Assembly: GCA_965153355.1 (NCBI GenBank) | Contig: OZ231126.1 | Span: forward strand, 31,124,001 to 31,188,000 | Direction: 5' to 3' | From: Flaccisagitta enflata | Taxonomy: Eukaryota | Length of the DNA stretch: 64,000 nucleotides | In this document: positions 1 to 16,466 of the stretch, in pieces | How positions within the stretch are numbered: position 1 is the stretch's first letter | Layout: each line of letters starts with the position of its first letter | Notes under the pieces: model-generated | Told to the model about the DNA's origin: nothing | What the model saw: only the letters and a program-made list of their open reading frames with translations | The model's database searches: none | Position numbers and translations under genes: made by a program

Positions 1-36
1 GCTTGGCGACTACAAGCAGCCAACGGTTCAGAAATC

Positions 37-3000
37 TTGTGTTATGGGCTTACAGACCGAGATGTCTGTATTGGTGATCGTAGATTTTCATTTTCCTTCA
101 TTGTTGCTGATGTCCGCCAACCAATCCTAGGAGCGGATTTTCTCTCTCATTTCTACCTCGCTCCCAATCACCGCGATAAATGCCTCATCGATCTCTCTGA
201 TTGCTCAATAATACCTGTGCGTATTAACAATGATACGCAGGCAAACAATTTTAGCAAAATCAACCACGTCAGCCAGGGGCAAGACCCTTTCCTAAAACTC
301 CTTGAGAGTTACCCGGAACTATCAACGCCATCCTTCAAGCCAAAGGAAGTGGCACATGGTGTCCAACACCACATACCAACAAACTGCCGCCCAATCCAGT
401 CAAAGGTGAGGCCTCTCAATCCAGAGAAGCTCGCAATCGCCAAACAAGAGTTTGAAAAACTGGTCGAATTGGGCATCTGCTACAGAGGCAAAAGCGAATG
501 GGCATCCCCACTCATGGTCGCCCCAAAACCTGGTGGAGGTTGGCGAGTTTGCGGCGACTATCGCCGCCTGAACACCGCCACCATAGATGACAAATATCCA
601 GTTAAGTCCCTTGCGGACTTCAATGCCAACCTTTGCGGCAAAAAGATATTTTCGAAAATCGATCTTTTGAAGGGCTACCATCAAATCCCGTAGCCCCTGG
701 GGATATTGGAAAAACTGCAGTTATAACCCCATTTGGGTTGTACATCTTCCCTCGCTGCCCGTTTGGCTTAAAAAACGCAGGACAAGACTTCCAAAGGCTA
801 ATGGATGAGGTCCTGGGTGACCTTCCATTTTGCTACGTGTATTTGGACGATATCCTCGTCTTTTCAAACACACCAGAAGAGCACCTGGAACACTTAAGGC
901 AGATTTTTGATCTTCTGTCTGCAAACGGGCTGGTCGTCAACCGGCCAAAGTGCATCCTTGGTGTGACAGAGCTAGACTTTCTTGGCTTCCGCGTCAATCA
1001 GGAGGGCGTCACTCCGCTGCCAGAAAAAGTCGAGGCGATAAGGGCCACTAAGGCACCAACCACTGTAAAGGAACTGCAACGTTTCAACGGAATGGTTGGC
1101 TACTACCGCAAACATGTTCGCCACGCAGCCCATCATATGGACTTCTTGTTTGAAGCCCTGAAAGGGAAGCCCAAAAAGCTGAATTGGACACCTGAGTGTG
1201 AGAGCTCCTTCAAAGCAATCAAGGAAGCACTGGCCAATGCAGCAATGCTGCGCCATCCTCGTCCAAACGCTGCCTTAGCCTTGACGACAGATGCATCAAA
1301 CATCGCCATGGGTGCTGTTCTAGAGCAAAGAGGCCCAAACGGTTGGGAACCTCTAGGATTCTTTAGCGCTAGACTAAAGAACAACGAAAGAAGGTGGCCA
1401 CCTTTTGACCGGGAACTCCTTGCAGCTTTTCGATCAATCCGTCACTTCCGCCATATGGTGGAGGGTCGACGATTTACGCTGTACACCGATCATCAGTCAC
1501 TTGTTCCTGCTCTGTCAAAGAAGACTGAGCCACACACCGCACGTCAAACGTACCAGTTGTCTGGTATCGCGGAATACACAACTGACATAAGATACATCGA
1601 AGGCAAAGCCAATGTTGTGGCAGACGCGTTGTCCCGCCCAAATGAAACAGAGGAACATGTGTTCTTGATTGCAATGGTTGACGCAGGCATCACGACCCAG
1701 CTTGGTCCAGGCCGCAAGGTTCACTTGACCAAAACAATCACAACGCCATCGTCAAGCATCAAGAAACCTATTCCAAATGAAAAACTGGAGGATCTAAACC
1801 AATCAATCAACTCCATAGTCTCTCTGGGCATTGACTTTGAAGAGATGGCACGTGATCAGCCTCTTGACCCGGATTTCACACGCGTTTCACGCGATCCAAA
1901 TTCAGGAATATCATTCCGAAAAGTTCCAATGGGTCCATACCACCTGCACGTAGATGTCTCCAATGGCCCCGCTCGTCCATTTGTTCCATTCACCTGGAGA
2001 AGACGCGTCTTTGATGCTATTCACGGCCTTGGTCACCCAGGCATTGAAAGAACAAGACAGATGATTTGTGAAAAATTTGTCTGGCCATCAATACGCGCTG
2101 ATACAGCCAAATGGTCTCGCGAATGTGTGCATTGCCAAAGAGCCAAAGTGCGACGACATGTTGTCCCAGAGATTGGCGAATTCCTGGTCCCAAACAGACG
2201 CTTCGCTCACCTTCACGCGGATCTTACTAAGATGCCAGAGTCCAATGGATACTGCTATCTGTTGACAATCATCGACCGCTTTACGCGATGGCCAACGGCA
2301 ATCCCTCTGAAGGACACCACAACGGAAACTGTCATCGACGCAATCACGCATGGCTGGATAGCCTCATTTGGCGTCCCTAAGGCTATCACAACCGACCGCG
2401 GGTCGCAATTTACTTCTACATTGTGGAAGCAACTCTGCGACACATGGGGCATCGAAGCCCACCTTACAACGTCGTACCATCCCGAGGCCAACGGCCTGGT
2501 GGAAAGATTCCACAGAAGACTCAAGGAATCACTCAAAGCTCAGTGCGGCGAAGACAGCGACAAATGGTTTTGGCGCCTTCCAATGGCACTCCTGGCCATC
2601 CGAACTACTCTAAAACCTGATGTCGGCTCCTCCCCTGCAGAGTTGGTTTACGGCGAAGGTCTGGCAGTTCCAGGGGAGTTGCTCCCAGACGTGACATTCA
2701 TGGAACAAGACTTGTTACAGCAGCGTAAGCGCATGCTAGGAAACTTGCGTGTTGAAGTTGAACGTCTCCAACCAACACCAACATCCACGCATCGTCAACC
2801 ACACACTTACTTACCTGACGACCTCAAGGATGCAACTCATGTTTTTGTAAGACGTGGGGGACATGGCCACCCTCCTCTTACATTGCCTTACGTAGGCCCC
2901 TTTAAGGTCGAATCTCGCACTGAGACTGGCTTCAATGTCCACCTACCAGGACGTGGGGTAGACGAAATAGCCTTAGCCCGTATCAAACCGGCATATGTGG

Positions 3001-3548
3001 ACCAAGAAGATGACAACAATGAGGGCAGCCAGCCCCCATCTCCGCAGTCTCTGCAGCCTCCGCAGTCTCCGCAGCCTCCACAGCCTCAGCAACCTCAGCA
3101 GTCTCCGCAGGCTCAAGAGCCTCCAAGGCCAACCATGCAGTCTAGGAGAAATCGACGCAGGGGGGCGCCTCACATTGCCGACTTTAACCAGCGTCAACAT
3201 CCTCGATCATACAAGCAGGAACAACCGTCCAGTCCCATCGCAGATCCAGCATCCTCCGAGCCAGTGGCTACCGAGCCAGGCACTGAGGACCCCTACGATG
3301 GGCATACACCAGCTGACTCAAACCTCGCGCCCTGCCAGTGCGATCCTCCCGACAACCCTCAGGCGCCGTGTAACATGCCAGTGGCCGCTAGGCCAGGCTC
3401 CAGTCTCAATGACAATTCAACTTCCCTACCTCAAACGGTGACACCTCATCCTCGTCCGGTGCAGCGCGCCGACCTAAACAAAAGAATGGCAAGGCCAAAT
3501 TATGGCCCTTCTCTCTCAGCCATCTTGAAAGCCCATCTCAACATGTGA
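37..3548 (+). pseudogene. pol: Gypsy pol polyprotein split by a 1-nt frameshift near 688-693
   Basis: ORF 37..693 ends GYHQIP-stop; ORF 633..3548 continues PVAPGDIGKTA. One missing base in ATCCCGTAGCC restores the canonical GYHQIPVAPGDIGKTA. Otherwise uninterrupted to the stop at 3548. Confidence 0.85.
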
Positions 3549-3592
3549 AGACGTTCTGTCTCCCAGAGGTGCAACAAAACGTCTGGGGGGCG

Positions 3593-4049
3593 TGTGGGCT
3601 CTCAATAGAGTCCATCCTTTTATCTTCAATCATCAATCTCATTTGCATATTGCAGTCTCCTCTCTTATGATTAATACCGTTGTCCTCACATGCTTGATTA
3701 TTGTTATTCTACTTTTCCCCGACTCTTATATGTCCTACATTAGGTCAATCATGTTACATTGTCACAATTCCTCTCCTATATGATCTTATTCCCATGTGAT
3801 GTAGCTACCTCTATTGCATATCATGTATTTCACCCTGACTGCTGTTATATCCTTGAAACTAATGTAGATTCAACTGGTGAGGGAAGGGCGTGGGAAACCC
3901 CCTTCAATATAGGCTGCTCAGACTATACACACGCCTCTATCTATTAACTTGCGAGTTCATAGATGAAAGACTCAAGTATTCAGTTACGATCCGAGTCCCG
4001 GCTTATAGTCACGGAAGAGTCAGCTAGCCAGCTAGTAGCGTTATCTACA
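3593..4049 (+). repeat. 3' LTR of the Gypsy element (about 457 bp)
   Basis: Begins TGTGG right after the PPT and ends CTACA; sequence from 4050 switches abruptly to a MITE recognisable from its intact copy at 8781-9289. Confidence 0.8.
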
Positions 4050-4254
4050 AGCTGAAATTCTGCAAAATAAGTGATTGATCCTATAATTTTACATTCAATA
4101 TTTTTTTCCTGAGGTAAGCCGTAGGGGGATGCCATACCCCATCGTCAATCCTTCAGGGTCTATACATTACACCAGCATAATATCAGTCCCTTCACTATAC
4201 TGATAGTCAGGTTATGAGCTCCCCGGTATTTCCAAGTCTAGACGACATCTACTG
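4050..4254 (-). mobile_element. One arm of a TA-flanked Tc1/mariner-type MITE, interrupted by the Gypsy insertion
   Basis: Reverse-complement match to 8781-8985; ends TCTAGACGACATCTACTG followed by TA (4255-4256). Confidence 0.85.
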
Positions 4255-4257
4255 TAC

Positions 4258-5987
4258 CTTGTTCTTTTGATACTCAAATTATCATTTTGACAGCAAAATA
4301 ATACGCCACCTGAGTCGATATCGTCAGTGGTATTTGCAAATTCTGATATGTCATGCAAATGTTCTTGCCTGTTGAAGCGTGGTCTCGTTCCAGTATTTGC
4401 TTTGATCTTGTCTTTGATCGTGTTGATGTCGGCGTCGGCAAAGGGGCGTTTCAAACGCTCAGCAGCTTCCTCCCGTGCATGTTCATCTCTTGCTCGCCGA
4501 TCGGCTTCAGCCTGAAGAATTCCCACCCCAAACCTAAAAAAATATTGAAAAGAAAACGAGGTCGGGTATAATAAAGTAGTAGTAGCCTGTGGGTTTATTT
4601 ATTCATTCCTTCAATCATACACTCATTTATTCATAAATGACGTTCACAGGAGACGCATGTCCTTGTTCATCTGAAAGTGTGAATTACTCTTTAGTCACGG
4701 ACTTGTCACTCAGTAAGAAGCTTTGTTGATCTATTTGTTCATTACTATTTGTTTGTTGGTCAGTGAACCAGTCACTCGTGCTGTCCATCCATCTGTGTAT
4801 ATTAGTTGAAACGCGTGAAAACAAATACCCAAACAAATTGCTAATTGATAGGTATTTGAAAGTTTTCTTACTTGATCTTTGCGAAATCCTCGATGTTTTT
4901 GGTCATCTAAACACCCCCCTCTGGATAGCCCCCAAAAGAAAAACTAAAAAACCCATTCTGGGGACCCCAAAAACTATCATTTAGGATGTCTTGGCTGCCC
5001 AAAAGAACATAAGACTAAATTATTTGAAGGAAAAAATTTTTAAAATGTCAATATTTATGCAAAAATCATGTAACAGGTAAAATCTTGAAAGTGGCTAAAA
5101 TTTTTGAAAAATTGTTTTTTTTAGTATTTTCAAGATTTAATCATAAATCAAATATTTTTTAAAGAATACAAAATTCCAAAAAAAGAAGGAAAATATATGC
5201 AATAGTAATATCTATGTAGAAAAACAAATAATATGTATATTCTAACTTGTATTAAATATCTAAGGAGCAATATATGATGTTTTAGCTTAAAAATACTGAA
5301 AAAATGTAAATTTACTGTTTTGTGTCATTTTTTTAGCTCTTGAAAGTTTGATATCTCATCCAACTTGCTAAAAATGGTAAAACTATCTGTATTTCAACTG
5401 TTACCACACACTTGCTAAAATTTATAGTCTTTGTGATGAAGCTTAAACAAATCCAAGAAAAAAAATTGCCATAAAAAGCCTTAATTTGCTGGTTTTAAGT
5501 AATTTTTTTTCTCTAATCTTCACAATGTCCATCCTAACTAACTTGAAATAGTAAAATCAGTTGCATATTACCTATCCCTACACTTCTCAGATATTTTCTA
5601 AGGTTTTGGAAGCTACATGAACATCAAAAATATGAAATGTGCTGAAAAATGCTTGATTTTTTTCTAAAAATTGAATTTTTTCAAATTTTTGCCATCAAAT
5701 GATTTAACCTTATGTTATTTTGGGTGGTCAAGACATCCTAGATGGTAGTTTTTAGGGTTCCTAGAATAGGTTTTTTGGTTTTTCTTGTGGGGGCTATCCA
5801 GAGGGGGGTGTAAAACAACCCGGACGCCGAGATTGCAAATGTTGGTTTCTTGTTGATCAAAGGAGCTTCCGTGCACTCCTTTGAAAATCAATGAGTTCGT
5901 ATTATCTTTGAGTGAGTGAGTGAGTGAGTGAGTGAGTGTGTGAGTGTGTGAGTGTGTGAGTGAGTGAGTGAGTGAGTGAGTGAGTGA

Positions 5988-6057
<70 letters not shown>

Positions 6058-6939
6058 AAGCACAGAGTTGGCGTGTCATGACGCTCATTCATCGCATTTG
6101 AACATTATCAAGCTGCGAGCTTTTTACTGCATGAACTCCTCGATTTATCAGTCAATCACTCTGACAGGTACAGAAAATTTCAACTTTGCCCTTTCATTGC
6201 CCTGCCACAGTTGGCACTACCATTACCCATGCTCAATTACCACGTCAGCTTGGATTTCTCCCGTCTTTGAAGATCCAATGACAATTGATCCTTCTGCAGA
6301 GTTGACGTCAGTCTGAATGTTGACGTGAATTTCATCAGCGTTTATCACGGCATCGTTGATAATTCGGATATCTTCTGAGTTGTTGGCGTTGATCTCCGGT
6401 TCGTCATCGCCAATTACGATTTCGTGGGGATGAATGTCAGCTTCGTTGCAGAGTTGGGTTTCGGAAATGACCGTAAATGGCGCAAGTGGTCGTTAGCGAT
6501 GCGGGGGAATATAATGCGTGCAAAACTAGACTTAATCTACGTCCGGTTCACTTGCAAGATCAATTGTTGATGGAATGGAGCAGACGTCGTCGTTCAACCC
6601 ATCGTCTGGGGCGTAAGGGATAGTCGAAGCCGGACCGTGGGCCGTGGGCCGTTTTGATGCTACTCGAGGCTGCTGGGTCTGATTAAGAAGCAAACAATGA
6701 CTTTTTAGATGGCTGATGTGTCAAAACGATCTTTTGCCAAACTAGCAAAATAGGTTACTAAACTGCCACCGCCTCAGTACCTTGAATCCACACTTCATCT
6801 TCCTCCAACGTTTTCTTTCTCGTTCATACAATCGCATCCAGTTTAATGTTATCTTTTTCGCGTTTATTTTCTCAAAATTAACGAGATAAAAAAACATTCG
6901 TCGCTCCTCCGCTTTACTTTCGGTAACACCGTCGTTATC
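4258..6939 (-). pseudogene. Decayed multi-exon gene of unknown family, same strand as and downstream of the last visible PFAS exon
   Basis: Open exon-like segments: 6939-6781 (DNDGVTESKAEERRMFFYLVNFEK...KCGFK, AG/GT bounded), 6678-~6541 (TQQPRVASK...), ~6470-6241 (ISETQLCNEADIHPHEIVIGDDEPEIN..., acceptor looks degraded), 5878-4872 (open only after removing the 4912-5810 element), 4511-4258 (AEADRRARDEHAREEAAERLKRPF...). None resembles PFAS. Confidence 0.55.
4912..5810. mobile_element. Non-autonomous TIR element with CAC...GTG ends and 4-bp target duplication (Chapaev-like)
   Basis: About 100-bp imperfect TIRs (CACCCCCCTCTGGATAGCCCC... / ...GGGGCTATCCAGAGGGGGGTG); TAAA on both flanks (4908-4911, 5811-5814); AT-rich noncoding interior. 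Confidence 0.8.
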
Positions 6940-7099
6940 CTGTAAGCGTTCTTGGTATCGGCTTTATTTTGGCCAAATGCGTTATTTTTTTCCTTTTCTT
7001 TTTTCTTTTTTTCCTCCTTTATTCATAATCTTTCATTTTCATATTCTTTTGTCCCCAATTTTCTTGATAAATATATTTACACTTCTTCTAAGCTTTCTC

Positions 7100-7183
<84 letters not shown>

Positions 7184-7209
7184 TTCTTACTTTCTTTTTC
7201 ATCTCTTAC

Positions 7210-12261
<5,052 letters not shown>

Positions 12262-12572
12262 TTGGGGTTCGTTGCTGCCTTTTTGAGAGTTAAGATTGAA
12301 GTTGACGCTGATAGGTGTGACTAAAGAAGCAATACCATATGAGGATTAAAAGATCATAGATGAAAATAGAAATAAAAATCATCAGATCAATACACATTTG
12401 TTTCTTATAAGAACTTAACCTAGTTTATAAGAACATCAAGGCTTGAAATTGCTCCAAAAATTAAGAACATCGTAGATATCTTATAGTAGCTATCTTTATC
12501 TCTTTTGAAGGCTTCGGTCAAAAAATGAGATTAAAAAAAAAAACGAAGTGTATTTGTCTTGCCAGTTTATTA

Positions 12573-13385
12573 CAGTTTGATCCATCTCGACTGTAACATT
12601 TCACGACGGCATTGCTCAAAAACTGAAAGAGACAATTCTGAAAAGAGCATATGAAAGGATTTGCGTGGCATTTTATGACAAGTGGAACAATATCCCTCAC
12701 TATACCCAAACTGAAAAATATGGAAGAAGGCCTTGTGAGCCTTCATTGACTAGTTACTACATGCATCACTCCTAGTTTTCAATTTTGCAAAACTAACTTA
12801 GCAAACATCCATTCTGAGTCTAACCCAAAACACTAATGCTTACCAAAAATAGCTAAGGGCAAATGATTGTTACCTGTTTAACCAAAATTCAACAAATCAC
12901 CCAAAGGCAACATTGTTAAGAAACCATACCCTTATGATATACTATTTCCCAGACTTTTCTGTCAAATTTTGATATTTTTTACACATAAAAGACTTTATGG
13001 CAAATTATGCCAAAAAAAAGGTCTTTTTTTCTCTCTTTTTTTCATAAAACTGTAACCAATTACAATTTTTCTGACTTTAACCTTAAACTACATCAATATA
13101 TTTCATATTTTAGACCTATCTGATAACAAAAAGTGACAATTTATAAAAAATTAAAGCAATTCCAAGAAAAATTTTTTTGACAAATCACAAAAATGCTTGT
13201 TTTGCCAAACATGATTATTGGTTCATTAAAAAATAAGGGGTTTAGATTTTCTAAAAAAATCCTGGGCATCAATCATCATAAAATGCCAAATCATTACCTA
13301 ACAAGGACTTTTCAGAATTAGAATATCTCTATTACTTTTTTGGCAATGCCGTCATTAAATGTTACAGACGAGATGAATCATACTG
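12573..13385. mobile_element. Older TIR MITE related to 17234-17781, carrying an internal insertion (~12682-12932)
   Basis: CAGTTTGATCCATCTCGACTGTAACATTT / AAATGTTACAGACGAGATGAATCATACTG inverted ends; the interior at 13050-13370 resembles 17480-17760; the insert matches the pieces of 40313-42502. Confidence 0.7.
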
Positions 13386-13635
13386 CATGATTTAGAGAAG
13401 TGGTTGTCGTTCCAAGTGATATCACGGGCGGGTACGAATTACGACCAGACATTATGGACTGACGGACGGACAGTGACCAGATCCGAAATACTATTGTTGC
13501 CTAACGTCCCGAAACATCTCCCGTTTAAGGGGTAATTCCACAAGATGAAAATTGAAGCTCGGCGGGAAACAATTATTTTGCCTCAGTAATTACCGACTTC
13601 AGAGAAAAGATTTTGCGCCCTTGAATGAATCTCAA

Positions 13636-13785
<150 letters not shown>

Positions 13786-13840
13786 TCGGTCATCCTTCAG
13801 CATCTTATCTTATCACACCAGTTACTTCATCTTCAGCATC

Positions 13841-13896
<56 letters not shown>

Positions 13897-13933
13897 TATC
13901 ATCATCATCATTATATAATCATTCTCATCATCC

Positions 13934-13979
<46 letters not shown>

Positions 13980-14085
13980 AATAATAATCGCTTTGATTGT
14001 CATCATCATTTTCATAGTCATCATCATCATCATCATTTCCACCATCATTAAGTTCATCATTCTCAAGCTCCATATAATCATCATT

Positions 14086-14129
<44 letters not shown>

Positions 14130-14255
14130 GAATTCATCAGTATCATCACGCTAATCATCATCATCACTATTATTACCAATAAAGGCGGCTAATCGCCGTA
14201 GGAAAAAAGTCGTATATGCTGGAAGAAAAGGAGAAAAAAAGATTATTATAATAAC

Positions 14256-14305
<50 letters not shown>

Positions 14306-14357
14306 CGCTAATCATCATCTTCACTATTATTATGATTACCATTATCATCAGCATCAG

Positions 14358-14391
<34 letters not shown>

Positions 14392-14467
14392 TTCCATCAT
14401 AAACGCAATTCTTTATCTCCCTCTTCTCTTCTACTCCTTCTTATTCTTATCTTTCCGCTTCCCTTTT

Positions 14468-14664
14468 ATTTAGTCGCGTGCTACGCGAATCTACACCCCG
14501 CTTTGTCGGTCCGTCCGTCGGTCCATCCGTTGGTCACACTTTACTTTTTTGTTTATCTTTTGCGTTTTTTAGGCTCACTGCTGCTGTTCAAATGATCTGG
14601 TGACCTCAATTACGGCCCCTGCCCCCCCGCACGCGACTGGAGTAGCTGTGTATCCGGCCTTGTT
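14468..14664 (-). mobile_element. Helentron-associated (HINE / DINE-1-like) short element
   Basis: Family consensus AACAAGGCCGGATACA...(GGAC/GACC)n...AGTCGCGT-loop-ACGCGACT-AAA; many copies in the window. Confidence 0.7.
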
Positions 14665-14905
14665 TCTTCTCCCTCTCCTCCTTCTATTTCGTCTTCTATT
14701 TCATCTTTCTCTGGTTCCTCCACGGAGACCTTGGTTTGTTTTTCCTTGAAGGTATTCTGACCCACAAACGCGACTAAGGTCAGAAAGTCCTGATCTCTCA
14801 ACCACTGACGAGGCCTCGACCACTGCTATCAAGTACAGAACTTGTCGCTCTGCCTTTATGTCATTATCATCATCATCCTGAGAAAGACAGAAGGAACGAT
14901 AGAAA

Positions 14906-14979
<74 letters not shown>

Positions 14980-15589
14980 CAGATAGAAAGAAAGAAAGAT
15001 AGAAAGAGAGAGAGAATGAAAGAAAGAGAGAAAGAAACAAAAAGCTACAGAAAAACTTTGAAGAAGCTTAGAAGAAGAGACAGGAGGGGCAGTTGAAGAA
15101 AGTACAGTAATGTGTCTGTCGGTCACACTTTTCAATCACAATTGTTTTCTGCATCACTGCCCCTGCCCAAATATTTAATTTGAAAATTTCCTCTTTGTCC
15201 ACTGGACCACTGCCCACCCGCACGCAATCTGGGTAGCCGCGTATCCTACCCGTATTTGACTAACATTAATCTTGACTAACATCATTCAATACATTTGTAC
15301 AAGGAAACAAAGTCAAGAATGATAGAACAAAATTCATTTCGGTTTTGTTGTCAAAATGACAGAGGTTGTTCCTTGAGATTCATCGAAAAACAAGAAGACA
15401 TCGGCTGTGTTTCATTCCTAGGACTTCCAGTTCGATAAAACTAAAAAAAAAGAAAGAATTGACAGTTTATTGCTGCTGCCTTTTTTTTAAACAAAAAATT
15501 GTTTTCACTGTAAATGGAATGGTATTAAAGCCACTGCACTGGCTCGTGACCATTCCAGCTACTTTGCGGTTGGTCTATCGATTTGGCTC

Positions 15590-15850
15590 TCACATTTGAT
15601 GGTAGCAAGTAAATGTGGTAAATTTGGTATCGCCGTCCCTACCAATGAACAGAGATTGTCGGAGATTGTCGGAGATTGTCGGAGATTGTTGTCGATCCTG
15701 CGGACCTGCCTTCCCGTTTGCGGTTACTATCACACGACTTTTTTTCTGACCGCATTGAGTAATTGATTCAGATTGATGAATCATATTGTTGCCATCTCAA
15801 CTCTAATCGCCTGACTAATCGTCTAATCATCTGACGTTGATTTGATTTAG
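15590..15850. promoter_or_regulatory. Candidate shared promoter region between divergent PFAS and FIP1L1
   Basis: Repeat-poor island between the two 5' ends; CCAAT at 15642; 10-bp tandem GGAGATTGTC x~4 at 15652-15689; plus-strand donor at 15851 and acceptor at 15956 suggest a noncoding first FIP1 exon. Inference only. Confidence 0.35.
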
Positions 15851-15973
15851 GTATTCCCCATCCCTAGCCTCACAAAATCCTCTACAAAATATCATAAATA
15901 TGACTAGTTCTTCGAGTTCATGACGTCTAAGAAAATCACTGCCTTATGCTAATTAGACTTGAATAGTGTAATC

Positions 15974-16216
15974 ATGGAGACAAAGACATTGGATGCGTCT
16001 TCTGCATCAACGATGGAAGAAGCATCGTCGTTACAAGAGGAGGCGCTGCCAGAAAATGGCAATGAAATAGGTGAGTACTACCAAATGATTGGAAGAATCC
16101 ATCTTTTTTATATCATACATTCATGCTATCCTTTCTCGTCACATTCATCATAACAACTTTATCCTTTTCAACGGTTGATATGTCTCATATGCTATTACGT
16201 AATCAACATCAACATT

Positions 16217-16283
<67 letters not shown>

Positions 16284-16391
16284 ATGACTTTCATCTTCAC
16301 CACAACCTCCTTCATCATTGCTATCATCATCGTCATCATCATCATCATCAACATCATCATCATCATCATCATCTTTTCATCAATAATCTTT

Positions 16392-16466
<75 letters not shown>

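Larger units (their letters stand above)
1..4049 (+). mobile_element. Ty3/Gypsy LTR retrotransposon, 3' portion (protease end, RT, RNase H, integrase, PPT, 3' LTR); probably CsRn1/Kabuki-like clade
   Basis: Domain order PR (ILGADFL) - RT (WASPL, DYRRLN, PFGLKNA, YLDD) - RNase H (TDAS, DRELLA, TDH, ADALSR) - integrase (HGLGH..CVHC zinc finger, D-D-E core, PYVGPF motif). G-rich PPT at 3585-3592, then TG...CA LTR. The 5' end lies outside the window. Clade call is from recalled motif style only. Confidence 0.95.

Noticed and set aside
633..693. Programmed ribosomal frameshift between the two pol ORFs
   Set aside because: The break is inside conserved RT sequence and is fully explained by a single-base loss.
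2995..3947. env-like or extra ORFs after pol
   Set aside because: Short alternative-frame or LTR-internal ORFs with no glycoprotein features.
6781..6939. Next PFAS exon
   Set aside because: In the PFAS phase it gives RITTVLP... and a stop, not the conserved IRDV..TGRG.
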